DNA of 20,279 nucleotides from Armatimonadota bacterium (lineage in GTDB: Bacteria; Armatimonadota; Hebobacteria; CAIYQO01), in assembly GCA_038248345.1 (NCBI GenBank), contig JBBRXO010000052.1:1-20279 (forward strand), written 5' to 3'. How positions within the stretch are numbered: the first letter of the stretch is position 1; every line of letters starts with the position of its first letter. The position numbers and the translations under genes were made by a program. Below, in pieces: positions 7,871 to 16,584 of the stretch. Under the pieces are notes generated by a model that was not told the DNA's origin, ran no database searches, and saw only the letters and a program-made list of their open reading frames with translations.

Positions 7871-10384
7871 CTACCCACCCAGCTTCGGGGCGGGCACCGG
7901 CTCTGTGGGCAACACATTTAAGTACTGCAAGGAACGACGGCCTACTTCACGTACTACCGGGGCGGCGATAGTGCCGCCGTAGATGCTGCCTTTAGGTTCA
8001 TCAATAATGCAGATAATCACCAACCGGGGATCCTGCACGGGCATAAAACCGACGAAAGAACCGATGAAGAGGTTGCTGTGATAGCCCTGCTCACCGGGTT
8101 TTTGGGCGGTGCCAGTTTTGCCCCCCACACGGTATCCGGGGATGGCCGCCGATCCCCCAGTGCCCTTGGTTACCACGCGTTCCAGGTAGCTGGCAAGCAG
8201 GGTGGCGGTCTCCGGTTTGCAGACGGGGCGTGTCACCGGGGTGTACGGCTCCAGTTTACCATCCAGGCTGTAAATACCCTTCACCAGGTGCGGTTGCACC
8301 CACACTCCTTTGTTGGCCACAGAACCGTAGAGCGCGGCCATCTGCAACGGGGTGACGGAGATACTCTGCCCGAAGCCCATAGTAGCCAGTGTGATGCGAT
8401 GGTCGAAAGCGGCCTTTTTGTTCAGGCTCCCCTGCGCTTCCTGCCCCAACTCGATACCCGTGCGTGCCCCGAAGCCGAGTTTGCTACACCAACCGAGGAA
8501 CTTCTCCGGGCCCATATCCATCGCCAGCGTGGCGGCGCCGATATTGCAGGATTGCTCCAACAGCCGGGCGACGTCCACCGGCCCATGTGCGCCATGGGGC
8601 TCGTGGATGGTATTCTTGTTGTTGATTGGCAGCGCGCCGGTGCAATTAGTGATTATCTGCCCGTCGCGGAAAAGCCCGTCATCTAGCGCCGCCATACTGG
8701 CCAGCAGTTTAAAGGTAGAGCCCGGCTCGTAAACATTGCTGAGGATTGTATTGACCAACGGTATCGTGGAGGAGCCGGGGTCGTTTGCATCCCAGGTGGG
8801 GTTACTCGCTATCGCCAGGATATCGCCATTGTGGGGATCCATCACGATGACGTGCCCACGCAGCGCGCTGTTAGCCTGCACAGCTTTGGCCAGCTCTTCT
8901 TCTGCCGCCTGCTGGATATTCAGGTCGATAGTCAGTTGCACATTGCGCCCATTCGTTGGTTCGTCGCGCCGGTCACTCATCGGGATAGTATTGCCGTTGA
9001 CATCCACCTCGCGATACTCTTTGCCATTAATGCCCATGAGGGTTTTATCCAGCGTCTTCTCTAAGCCAAAAACTCCATTTTTATTGTGGTCATCTGAGTA
9101 GAACATATAACCCAGCGCAGCCGCGGCTAGTGAGTCATACGGGTATATGCGCCGCATTGCTGGTGTCATCACCAGACCGGGCAAGCCGTACATCACGCCG
9201 GGGAGGTGATTGCGAGCGATGAAATAACTGATGTTGGAATAGGGTTTACCGTTCTTCTGCTGCCGGATTTTGAAGGCTCCCGGCTTGGCCCCGGGACTTA
9301 ATGCAGCGGCGACTTCCTCCCGGGTTATTCTTACACCGCCATCTTTGTCGATGTTCTTATTGAGCATCTTAGTAAAATCGGTCACTATCTTTTCGAAGCG
9401 CTCCACCGGTTTGTCGTCCGGCCCCTGCGGCTCCAGGATAGCGCCGGGCTTCAACACATACACCGTGGCCATTGCTTCAGCAACGGCTTTGGCAACTTTT
9501 TCGTCCAGGTTCTTTGCCAGCGACGCGAAGTGCAAGCGTTGCGTCAGCTCCTGCTCTACTTTGTTTGCCTCCATGCCCAGTAATGGCGCCAGGAGCGCTG
9601 CCACGTCACTTGCTTTGGCCACCGGCAGCAGGCCATTGTAGAGCGTCGGATTGACCCCCAGCGAGTAGTTGGGGCCGACTTCTCCGTAAATTGTCCCTTT
9701 GAAGTGGAGCTTCTCCACCTTGGCCTTCATCGTCTCATTGATACTGAAATTAAAATGCCGCAATTCACCGGTGATCACGCCGTCGATGGGCAGGGAATTG
9801 ATGTCACCGAGTTGCGCCGTGACCTCTTCCGGGGTGATATTCAGCGCCGCCGCCAGGTCCTCTGCCGCACTAGTGCCACGCGACAGTTGCGCCGTATCCA
9901 GCGAGAGGGAGTAACGTTTACCATCTTCTACCACCTGCATATTGGGTATCATACTCTGGCCAATAGCGGCAGATTCCGCCGCGGCTAGATCGCGCTTTAC
10001 CCAGTTGAAGGTGGATTCCTTCGTAAGAGTAGCCAGGACGTCCGCGGCGGGAAGCTGCAGCAACTCGGAGAGTAGCTGCGCTTGAAACTCCGGATTGTTT
10101 TTGGAGGCGGTCACCGGATCAACATTGACTGACATGCGGGTATCGTCGTAAGCGAGCATTTTCCCGGTACAATCCAGCAGTGCGCCGCGATAAGCGGGCA
10201 ACTGGTCGGCCCGCTGGTGTGCTTTGTCGGCCCGCTCGCGAAACCACCCTCCCTGAATTATCTGCAGATAGGCCAGGCGCAACAGGAGAATGCCCAAAAG
10301 GGCTAAGAAGACGACGCCGATGCGCTTCCCGTTGTTCTGCAGCAATTTCAGGTGATAGCTGGTCTCTGCTTGTGCGGTATTCAT
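7871..10384 (-). CDS. ftsI: Class B penicillin-binding protein (FtsI/SpoVD-like) with an expanded non-catalytic module
   Basis: N-terminal TM, RGALLD, RRIYP, GLEK and LTID..IQ. Catalytic motifs EPGSTFK (SxxK), SCN (SxN) and KTGT. Follows mraZ-rsmH-ftsL. Confidence 0.88.
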   Translation of the reverse strand: MNTAQAETSYHLKLLQNNGKRIGVVFLALLGILLLRLAYLQIIQGGWFRERADKAHQRADQLPAYRGALLDCTGKMLAYDDTRMSVNVDPVTASKNNPEFQAQLLSELLQLPAADVLATLTKESTFNWVKRDLAAAESAAIGQSMIPNMQVVEDGKRYSLSLDTAQLSRGTSAAEDLAAALNITPEEVTAQLGDINSLPIDGVITGELRHFNFSINETMKAKVEKLHFKGTIYGEVGPNYSLGVNPTLYNGLLPVAKASDVAALLAPLLGMEANKVEQELTQRLHFASLAKNLDEKVAKAVAEAMATVYVLKPGAILEPQGPDDKPVERFEKIVTDFTKMLNKNIDKDGGVRITREEVAAALSPGAKPGAFKIRQQKNGKPYSNISYFIARNHLPGVMYGLPGLVMTPAMRRIYPYDSLAAAALGYMFYSDDHNKNGVFGLEKTLDKTLMGINGKEYREVDVNGNTIPMSDRRDEPTNGRNVQLTIDLNIQQAAEEELAKAVQANSALRGHVIVMDPHNGDILAIASNPTWDANDPGSSTIPLVNTILSNVYEPGSTFKLLASMAALDDGLFRDGQIITNCTGALPINNKNTIHEPHGAHGPVDVARLLEQSCNIGAATLAMDMGPEKFLGWCSKLGFGARTGIELGQEAQGSLNKKAAFDHRITLATMGFGQSISVTPLQMAALYGSVANKGVWVQPHLVKGIYSLDGKLEPYTPVTRPVCKPETATLLASYLERVVTKGTGGSAAIPGYRVGGKTGTAQKPGEQGYHSNLFIGSFVGFMPVQDPRLVIICIIDEPKGSIYGGTIAAPVVREVGRRSLQYLNVLPTEPVPAPKLGG

Positions 10385-10467
10385 AACTCTTATCTCATCT
10401 TAAATGGTAAACCTTACTCCACCCCTTGTCCACCAGGGAAGAGAGGTATCCGGTATTTTAACTACGA

Positions 10468-10494
10468 GACCTCCCCCGAAAGACGAGGGAGGTC
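10468..10494. terminator. Hairpin between ftsL and ftsI
   Basis: GACCTCCC-CCGAAAGACGA-GGGAGGTC, with no strong U-tract on the minus strand. Confidence 0.4.
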
Positions 10495-10523
10495 AATTAA
10501 CGATATCATGATTTGCCCACCGA

Positions 10524-11045
10524 TTATGGCTGGGCGACAGGCGCGGCGTCGGTGCCATTGCTCAGGCGCGACACGGTACCACTCAAGGCTGCAAAAAGCT
10601 GATGACCGCTACGAACCAGCCAGTTGCTCGATTCGGGCGTGGTGATCGCCGGATTAGCCAGCTCCGGGGTAGTGGGTACGCTCACCACATGGATTTTATC
10701 TGCCGTGGGATATACCAGGCCAACATCGGTGCCGCGGGCCATCACTTCCGGTTGCCGTGTTCCACGCTGAATCTCCATATCCAGTTGCGAGGATTCATTC
10801 TGCAGTTTGTTGACCTCCTGCACCATGGAGTTGTGCTCCTGCTGATAGCGGGCCATCTGCGCGTGTACACCGACTAATTTAAAGGCGATCACGGCGAGGA
10901 CAACGGCGAATAGGAAGCTGACGAAAACTGGCCGGCGCAAGAAACTAAGATCAATACGACGTTTCCTGGCGACGTTTACTTCCTCTTCCGGAGGGGAATA
11001 TTCTTCTATATATTCTTCACGTATTTTGCGTGCTGCGAGTGCCAT
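10524..11045 (-). CDS. ftsL: Cell division protein, FtsL-like
   Basis: Short cytoplasmic N-terminus, a single TM (VFVSFLFAVVLAVIAF) and a heptad coiled coil (VNKLQNESSQLDMEI). Located between rsmH and the PBP. Confidence 0.7.
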   Translation of the reverse strand: MALAARKIREEYIEEYSPPEEEVNVARKRRIDLSFLRRPVFVSFLFAVVLAVIAFKLVGVHAQMARYQQEHNSMVQEVNKLQNESSQLDMEIQRGTRQPEVMARGTDVGLVYPTADKIHVVSVPTTPELANPAITTPESSNWLVRSGHQLFAALSGTVSRLSNGTDAAPVAQP

Positions 11046-11110
11046 ATTGTTGCCTCGTGGTTTCGGCGAATAAAACTATAATCGTAGTGCATACTGGTAA
11101 AAAAATGCGG

Positions 11111-12124
11111 TTACCAGTAAGAAGTAGACTCGCGCGGGACATTTGCACGCCAGGAGGAGTCTGCCGGTTGAAAGTCGGTACGTTCCACAACGCGCAATTT
11201 GGCGCTGCGGCTACGAGGGTTCGTCTTCTGCTCTTCGCGGGCGGGGAGCAGCGGTTTTTTGGTGAGAGCAGAGAGTAGCGACGGTGGGGTAGCTATCTCA
11301 GCTTCGTAAATGTTGGTCCGGGGCGGACGCTTGCCGCAGAGGTATTGGAAAGTCCGTTTCGTTACCCTATCCTCTAAGCTATGAAAAGAAATTACTGCGA
11401 TGCGGCTGTGAGTGTTACAGTGAGCGGTTGCGGCTATCAGGGCTTCTGTGAGTGCAGCGAGTTCATCATTTGCTACGATACGGAGTGACTGAAAAGCTAA
11501 AGTTGCTACATTAATCTTACCATGTGCTGCAGCTGGTACATTTGCGGCGATTAGTTCTACAAGTTCTGTTGTGGTGTTGATCGGCGAAAGTTGTCGTTTT
11601 GCGGAGATAGCTTTGGCAATGCGTCGCGCCCGGGACCCATAACCGGATTCGATGAAGATTCCCCGAAGGTCTTCTTCACTCATCCGATTAACTATATCAG
11701 CAGCAGTGGTAGGTCGGCTTCTGTCCATGCGCATATCCAACGGCGCATCAAAACGAAAACTGAATCCCCGCTCGGGTGTATCCAACTGTAAGCTGGAGAC
11801 GCCGAGATCGAAAAGGAATCCATCCACTCTGGCTACTGACAAATCGGTTATTATCTTATCAAGGTTCCGAAAATTATCGTGTATTATGCTCACCGGCAAG
11901 CCCTGCAGGCGTTGCTCGGCGATCTTAATAGCATCTTCATCCTGCTCGATGCCATATACTTTCCCGGTGGGGCCAACTAACTCGGCTATTGCCTTAGTAT
12001 GTCCGCCCATCCCCAGGGTACAATCTACATAGACCCCGCCCGGTTGCGGGTTTAAATATTCCAGCACATCCGGCAGCATCACCGGGATATGTATTGCTTC
12101 TGCTGTGCCTTCATGTTCCGCCAT
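11111..12124 (-). CDS. rsmH: 16S rRNA (cytosine1402-N4)-methyltransferase RsmH (MraW)
   Basis: HIPVM, DCTLGMGGH, DLGVSSLQLD..RGFSF, PLDMRMD, FQSLRI..NDEL, ISFHSLEDR and NPRSRSAKLR. Confidence 0.97.
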   Translation of the reverse strand: MAEHEGTAEAIHIPVMLPDVLEYLNPQPGGVYVDCTLGMGGHTKAIAELVGPTGKVYGIEQDEDAIKIAEQRLQGLPVSIIHDNFRNLDKIITDLSVARVDGFLFDLGVSSLQLDTPERGFSFRFDAPLDMRMDRSRPTTAADIVNRMSEEDLRGIFIESGYGSRARRIAKAISAKRQLSPINTTTELVELIAANVPAAAHGKINVATLAFQSLRIVANDELAALTEALIAATAHCNTHSRIAVISFHSLEDRVTKRTFQYLCGKRPPRTNIYEAEIATPPSLLSALTKKPLLPAREEQKTNPRSRSAKLRVVERTDFQPADSSWRANVPRESTSYW

Positions 12125-12165
12125 TTTTCTCCCCGGGCCGTATTCGGCCCATCACCACAGCGGAA

Positions 12166-12651
12166 TTATCCCTCGCAGGTAGCAGCGTTACCCAGTTCGC
12201 GCAAGGCTTGCACCATCGCCGTGGGGGTCATCTCCTGCTCATCATAATCTTCCCAGATTGCGGTGCTCCATATCTCGATCCGATCGCCCATGGCGATCAG
12301 CGTCACTTCATCAACAAGCTGCGCCCGCTTGCGTAACGCGGGCGGGATGGTCAAACGTCCACTGGTATCGAGAGTCACCGGCTGCCCGCAGCTGAAATGG
12401 CGGATCAGTTTCTCTTCCACCAGTTTCGCCGGCAAAAAGTTGCCGATATCTTTCACGTCCAACCGATCAATGAAGGTCATCCACTGCTCACGGTATTTCG
12501 TCCACTCTTCGGTGGGGAAATAAACCAGCGATTTGCCATTCAGCGCACGAGTCAAAAATCCCCCCATGTCGAAGAACACCTGAAATCGACGTGGGATGAA
12601 AATTCTTGCTTTTTCGTCTAGCTGGTGACTTGACTCACCCTGAATGAGCAT
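12166..12651 (-). CDS. mraZ: Division/cell wall cluster transcriptional repressor MraZ
   Basis: Two AbrB-like repeats with LDEKARIFIP and LDTSGRLTIP, plus GDRIEIW. First gene of the dcw segment. Confidence 0.92.
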   Translation of the reverse strand: MLIQGESSHQLDEKARIFIPRRFQVFFDMGGFLTRALNGKSLVYFPTEEWTKYREQWMTFIDRLDVKDIGNFLPAKLVEEKLIRHFSCGQPVTLDTSGRLTIPPALRKRAQLVDEVTLIAMGDRIEIWSTAIWEDYDEQEMTPTAMVQALRELGNAATCEG

Positions 12652-12667
12652 CGCTAATTAACCTTTT

Positions 12668-12691
12668 CCACAAAATACCACAAATTACCAC
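12668..12691 (-). promoter_or_regulatory. MraZ binding repeats (GTGG-N6-GTGG-N6-GTGG)
   Basis: The minus strand reads GTGGTAATTTGTGGTATTTTGTGG, between the promoter and the mraZ RBS. Confidence 0.85.
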
Positions 12692-12708
12692 TAAATCTGA
12701 ATAAGATG

Positions 12709-12737
12709 ATATTACACCCGCGTATTAGGTGTGTCAA
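12709..12737 (-). promoter_or_regulatory. Sigma70-type promoter of the mraZ operon
   Basis: Minus strand TTGACA-17 bp-TAATAT. Confidence 0.7.
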
Positions 12738-12941
12738 TAGGGTAATGGAAATATTTTCAAAATATTTTTCCCGCTGTCTCTTTTTGCGCTACACACGCGT
12801 AATTACCCGGCAATTACCGTGGGGACCAAAGTACTTTTATTAAGTTAATGATGAAGGTGGAAATTTGTGGGAATTATACCGAATATGCCGGGAATTAGTG
12901 CGGGGGAGTGGCTATTGGTAGATAACTACCCATGCTGGCAC

Positions 12942-12970
12942 TTGCACTTATACACCGCTAATGATAGTAT
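12942..12970 (+). promoter_or_regulatory. Sigma70-type promoter of the gene at 13033
   Basis: TTGCAC-17 bp-TAGTAT with an extended -10 TG. Confidence 0.55.
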
Positions 12971-13032
12971 TTGTTAATCTTTGTCGCTGATGGCACGCCT
13001 GCTACCAGCACTTTGCTATCCTGGAGATTTAA

Positions 13033-13869
13033 ATGATGAAATATATGACTCGCATACTCGTCTTTGCATTGCTCTTGAGCGCCAGCGCTGTCGCGTTCGC
13101 CGCCGATACCCCGGCGGTAACTCCGAAAGGAACCCCCAAAGTGACCGCGAAGGATGCCCCCAAAACCGGAAGTACACCGGTTGTGACTGCCGTGGTGAAA
13201 CCAGCTGTCGAATTGCCGGGGGTGCCCGCTGATGCGAAGGCATTGAAGAAGATAAACGGTATCGGCACCGACTGGAACTACCGCACTGTCCCGGTCGTTG
13301 TCCAGGGGAAATACTATGATAATAACGCCTATATAAATCGCCGATTCACTCAGTCAGTATATTTCGACATCAAAGATTCCGTCGATACTCTCTCCACTGA
13401 TGTTGCCTATGCCGATACCAGCAAAGGCATGTCGGGGACGGTAAATATCTTACTTGATGAGGTGATCTATATGACGCTGGATATCAAACAGGGGGAGGCG
13501 CCCCAACATCTGGAAGTCCCCTTCACCGGGAAGAAGCAACTACGGATAACCCCCAGCGACGATTCTATATTATTTCTTAACCCGCGGTTGCTCTCTGGGA
13601 AAAAAGTGGTGGTAGCCCCTATCGTCGCGGCCCCCGTAGTAGAGCAGCTGGTGGACAAGCTGGTGGCTTTTATCATTGAGATGCGCGCCTCGGCATTAGG
13701 GCAGAACAATAAAACCTACGCCGATTCGCTGGAGAAAAGTCTGCTGGACATGGGTGTCAAATTGACTGACACCCCCGGTGCCGCTACTACCTGGGTTCGG
13801 GTAGAAGCAGCCCCGGCACCGCCGGCTCCCATGACCCCGTCAACCGGGCCTACCATACGGGTAGATTAG
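13033..13869 (+). CDS. Secreted protein: signal peptide, P/T/A/K-rich linker, NPCBM/NEW2-like beta domain, C-terminal CysRS-like domain
   Basis: Signal peptide MMKYMTRILVFALLLSASAVAFA. Beta-rich segment VYFDI...LEVPFTGKKQLRI...FLNPRL. C-terminal IIEMRASA...YADSLEKSLLDMGVKLTDTPGAATTW. RBS GGAG. Confidence 0.7.
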   Translation: MMKYMTRILVFALLLSASAVAFAADTPAVTPKGTPKVTAKDAPKTGSTPVVTAVVKPAVELPGVPADAKALKKINGIGTDWNYRTVPVVVQGKYYDNNAYINRRFTQSVYFDIKDSVDTLSTDVAYADTSKGMSGTVNILLDEVIYMTLDIKQGEAPQHLEVPFTGKKQLRITPSDDSILFLNPRLLSGKKVVVAPIVAAPVVEQLVDKLVAFIIEMRASALGQNNKTYADSLEKSLLDMGVKLTDTPGAATTWVRVEAAPAPPAPMTPSTGPTIRVD

Positions 13870-13906
13870 TAAGGTCACGCCCTCCCTGGCATTACCTTTA
13901 GCATTG

Positions 13907-15067
13907 CTATACCTTAAAAGATCCGCGAAAATCAATCACCCCGGTGGCGGCGGGTTTTACGAAAGCGCTGCTCTTGATCCGCTCTTGGAGCAGCTCATAG
14001 AAGAGATCCTCATCCACCGGCAGGCTCACCCACTTGTCGGTCCAGGAAGAGAGGTGGATGGCGTTGGAAATCTGCAACGCATTGATGCCTTCTTTGCCTT
14101 CCGCAATCAGCGGAGTGCCCTCCAGGATAGCGTTCACAAAAGCACGTGTCACGCCCGCATGGCTTTCACCGCTGCCGCCCCCGGGTATCTCGCATTTCCA
14201 TATCTCCGGTGGTGCGTAGGGTTCAGCGGTAGTATCGCAATACTCCTGCACCGAGACGCGGGTGCGCCAGAAGGTGATTTTGCCGTTCTCCAGCACTAAT
14301 TTGCCACGGTCGCCCGCGATCTCCAGGCGATTAGTTCCGGGTGCCTCGCCGGTGGTGGTGGTGATCACCCCGGTAGCGCCGTTGCCGAATTCCAGCAGCG
14401 CCGTGGCGGAGTCCTCAACCTCGATGTTGTGAAATTTGCCATAACCGCAGCTAGCAAAGATACGCGTGGGCATCCCGCATATCCACTGGAAGAGGTCGAG
14501 GTTGTGCGGACACTGGTTAATCAGCACGCCGCCGCCTTCACCTGCCCAGGTGGCGCGCCAGCCGCCGGAATCATAATATGCCTGCGCGCGGAACCAATCG
14601 GTAATAGTGTACGAGACGCGCCGTATCTCCCCGATCTCGCCACTCTGTATCAGGTCACGGATCTTCTGATACACCGGCTCGGTTCGTGTCATAAACATCA
14701 ACCCGAAGACCAGCCCGCTGGCCTCCGCCGCCTCGTTCATCTCGCGCACTTGCCTGGTATAGACACCTGCGGGCTTCTCACACAGAACATGTAACCCGTG
14801 GGAGAATGCCATGATAGTCAACGGCGGGTGAGCGTAATGAGGGGTGGCGATGAGCACCGCATCAACAACGTCAGCAGCAAATAGTTCCTCGGCACTGTCA
14901 AATACCTTAACTCCCGGGGATACCACCTGCGCAAATTTCAGCCGCTTCGGGTCAGTATCCGCCACCGCAACTAGGGTGCAATGTGGCACGGCACCCCGCA
15001 CCAGATAATGCGCATGGCTACTCCCCATGCCGCCAAAACCGATTATACCTAATCGCACTGTGTCCAT
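13907..15067 (-). CDS. Gfo/Idh/MocA family NAD(P)-dependent oxidoreductase
   Basis: GIIGFGGMG, IATPH..H, HVLCEKP, GGGVLINQCPHNLD and VED. Confidence 0.93.
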   Translation of the reverse strand: MDTVRLGIIGFGGMGSSHAHYLVRGAVPHCTLVAVADTDPKRLKFAQVVSPGVKVFDSAEELFAADVVDAVLIATPHYAHPPLTIMAFSHGLHVLCEKPAGVYTRQVREMNEAAEASGLVFGLMFMTRTEPVYQKIRDLIQSGEIGEIRRVSYTITDWFRAQAYYDSGGWRATWAGEGGGVLINQCPHNLDLFQWICGMPTRIFASCGYGKFHNIEVEDSATALLEFGNGATGVITTTTGEAPGTNRLEIAGDRGKLVLENGKITFWRTRVSVQEYCDTTAEPYAPPEIWKCEIPGGGSGESHAGVTRAFVNAILEGTPLIAEGKEGINALQISNAIHLSSWTDKWVSLPVDEDLFYELLQERIKSSAFVKPAATGVIDFRGSFKV

Positions 15068-15176
15068 AAAATCACCTCTGCTGTTTTCTTCTGCAATGCT
15101 GTGGGGAATACCTACCGGATGGAATGGTTTTTTTGAAAATTAGACTATTGCCCAAAGCGGTCTATGCTCACCGCCC

Positions 15177-15280
15177 AATTGTAGGGGCACAAGGCTTGTG
15201 CCCGCATTATAACCATACCTTCAATTGGTCGTGTACCCCATACCTCGTATTAAGGGCACATGCCATGTACCCCTACAATT
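15177..15280. repeat. Inverted pair of GTAG-type REP sequences (REPIN-like)
   Basis: GTAGGGGCACAAGGCTTGTGCCC at 15181-15203 and, on the minus strand, GTAGGGGTACATGGCATGTGCCC at 15254-15276. Both are preceded by AATT. Confidence 0.8.
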
Positions 15281-16496
15281 TCAGAAGTCCATCGAGCAAA
15301 AAATCCTGCCAGCGGATAAAATCTACTCCGATCCCTTTCGCAGTATCGGCAAATCGCCCATCGCCGATGACTAATGGATGGTAGTCCTGATTCCTGCTCT
15401 GGAATTCCAGAAGCCCACGCAAATCAAAACTGCTGAACTCACCGCTTTTCACCTCTACCGCCCACTTCCCGTCTTCGCCTTCGATCACCATGTCTACTTC
15501 CAACTGATCTTCGCGCCAGTATGTCACGCGATAGCCGGAGTTTACGGCGCGGGCGATGCAGGCGTTCTCCAGCCAGTGCCCCCAGCGGCGTGGGTCGGCG
15601 CTGGCACGTGGCGGCTCATCCTCGGTAGCCACCGCCAGGAAAGCGTTTGATAATGAAACCAACTTCGGTGGGGCAGACCGACGGCGTATCTCCGATACGG
15701 AGAATTTCGGCAACGCGGCTACCAGATATGCTTCACCCAGCACATTCAGGTAGTGGGCGATTGTCTCCAACGCGCCGGAATCCTGGATGCTGCCTGCGAT
15801 TTTTTGCAACGAGACAATAGCACCGGGGTGTCCGCTGCAGATGGCAAATACCTGGCGTAGCAACGCTGGCTTGCGGATGCTCTCCAGCATTACCAGATCG
15901 CGCCCTAACACCGCATCTATTATCGCCTCGCGCACATAGCGTCGCCAGCGGGGTATATCACCCAGCCAGTCCATACTGCGCGGGAAAGCACCGAAGCGGA
16001 CATAGGTCTCCGCCGCTTCATCTTCACTCAGCGCAAAGGCATCCACCAGATCACGCGCCGTCCAATGGCATAACGTCAGGTGTTCGAAGCGCCCGGCCAT
16101 GCTTTCGCGCGCACCGCCGGTTAATGGCAGTGCGGCAGACCCGGAGATGACCACCTGCAACGGTAACTGTTCGCGATAGACGAAGTCGATTGCCGCCTTG
16201 ATAATCCGCGACCAATCGGGGAGCGACTGCACCTCATCCACCAACAGCACACACTTGCCGGTACGCGCCATCCGTAGCGCACGATTCCATTGCGTCGACC
16301 ACCAGCCGGAAAGCGCCGCCTCCGGGGTGTCCGCCGCCAGATACAGCGCGCGTTCGCCGTATTGCCGTGCGATATCCACCAATATCGTCGTCTTCCCCAC
16401 CTGCCGTGGGCCGGTGAGAAGCTGTATCCGTCCTGGGGCAGACTCCTTTATCCGCTCTTCCAATAGCTTCTTTGTAGCATAATATCCAGACTTCAT
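15273..16496 (-). CDS. AAA+ ATPase, AAA_14 plus DUF4143-type, with a C-terminal PD-(D/E)xK-like motif
   Basis: Walker A GPRQVGKTT, Walker B LLVDEVQ, SGS, ESMAGR, GAFP, LEN and YWR...EVDMVI...AVEVKS. ATG at 16496 follows GAGGG; the GTG at 16502 is an alternative start. Confidence 0.88.
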   Translation of the reverse strand: MKSGYYATKKLLEERIKESAPGRIQLLTGPRQVGKTTILVDIARQYGERALYLAADTPEAALSGWWSTQWNRALRMARTGKCVLLVDEVQSLPDWSRIIKAAIDFVYREQLPLQVVISGSAALPLTGGARESMAGRFEHLTLCHWTARDLVDAFALSEDEAAETYVRFGAFPRSMDWLGDIPRWRRYVREAIIDAVLGRDLVMLESIRKPALLRQVFAICSGHPGAIVSLQKIAGSIQDSGALETIAHYLNVLGEAYLVAALPKFSVSEIRRRSAPPKLVSLSNAFLAVATEDEPPRASADPRRWGHWLENACIARAVNSGYRVTYWREDQLEVDMVIEGEDGKWAVEVKSGEFSSFDLRGLLEFQSRNQDYHPLVIGDGRFADTAKGIGVDFIRWQDFLLDGLLKL

Positions 16497-16510
16497 ACGC
16501 ACCCTCTGGA

Positions 16511-16574
16511 ATTATTCGACTATACTCGAATAATTATTCGACTACAGTCTAATATTTATTCGAGTAGGAGTCAA
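16511..16574 (-). promoter_or_regulatory. Promoter of the ATPase gene overlapped by 2.5 tandem 22-bp palindromic operator-like repeats
   Basis: Minus strand TTGACT-17 bp-TAGACT. Repeats ATTATTCGACTATACTCGAATA, ATTATTCGACTACAGTCTAATA and TTTATTCGAGTA. Confidence 0.7.
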
Positions 16575-16584
16575 TGCCCTCCCT

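Noticed and set aside
8078..9641. Plus-strand ORFs of 77-202 aa
   Set aside because: They are antisense to the PBP gene and have no protein-like features.
16511..16566. Possible mini-CRISPR or iteron array
   Set aside because: The 22-bp units are directly adjacent without spacers, overlap a promoter and have no rep or cas gene nearby. They read better as operators.
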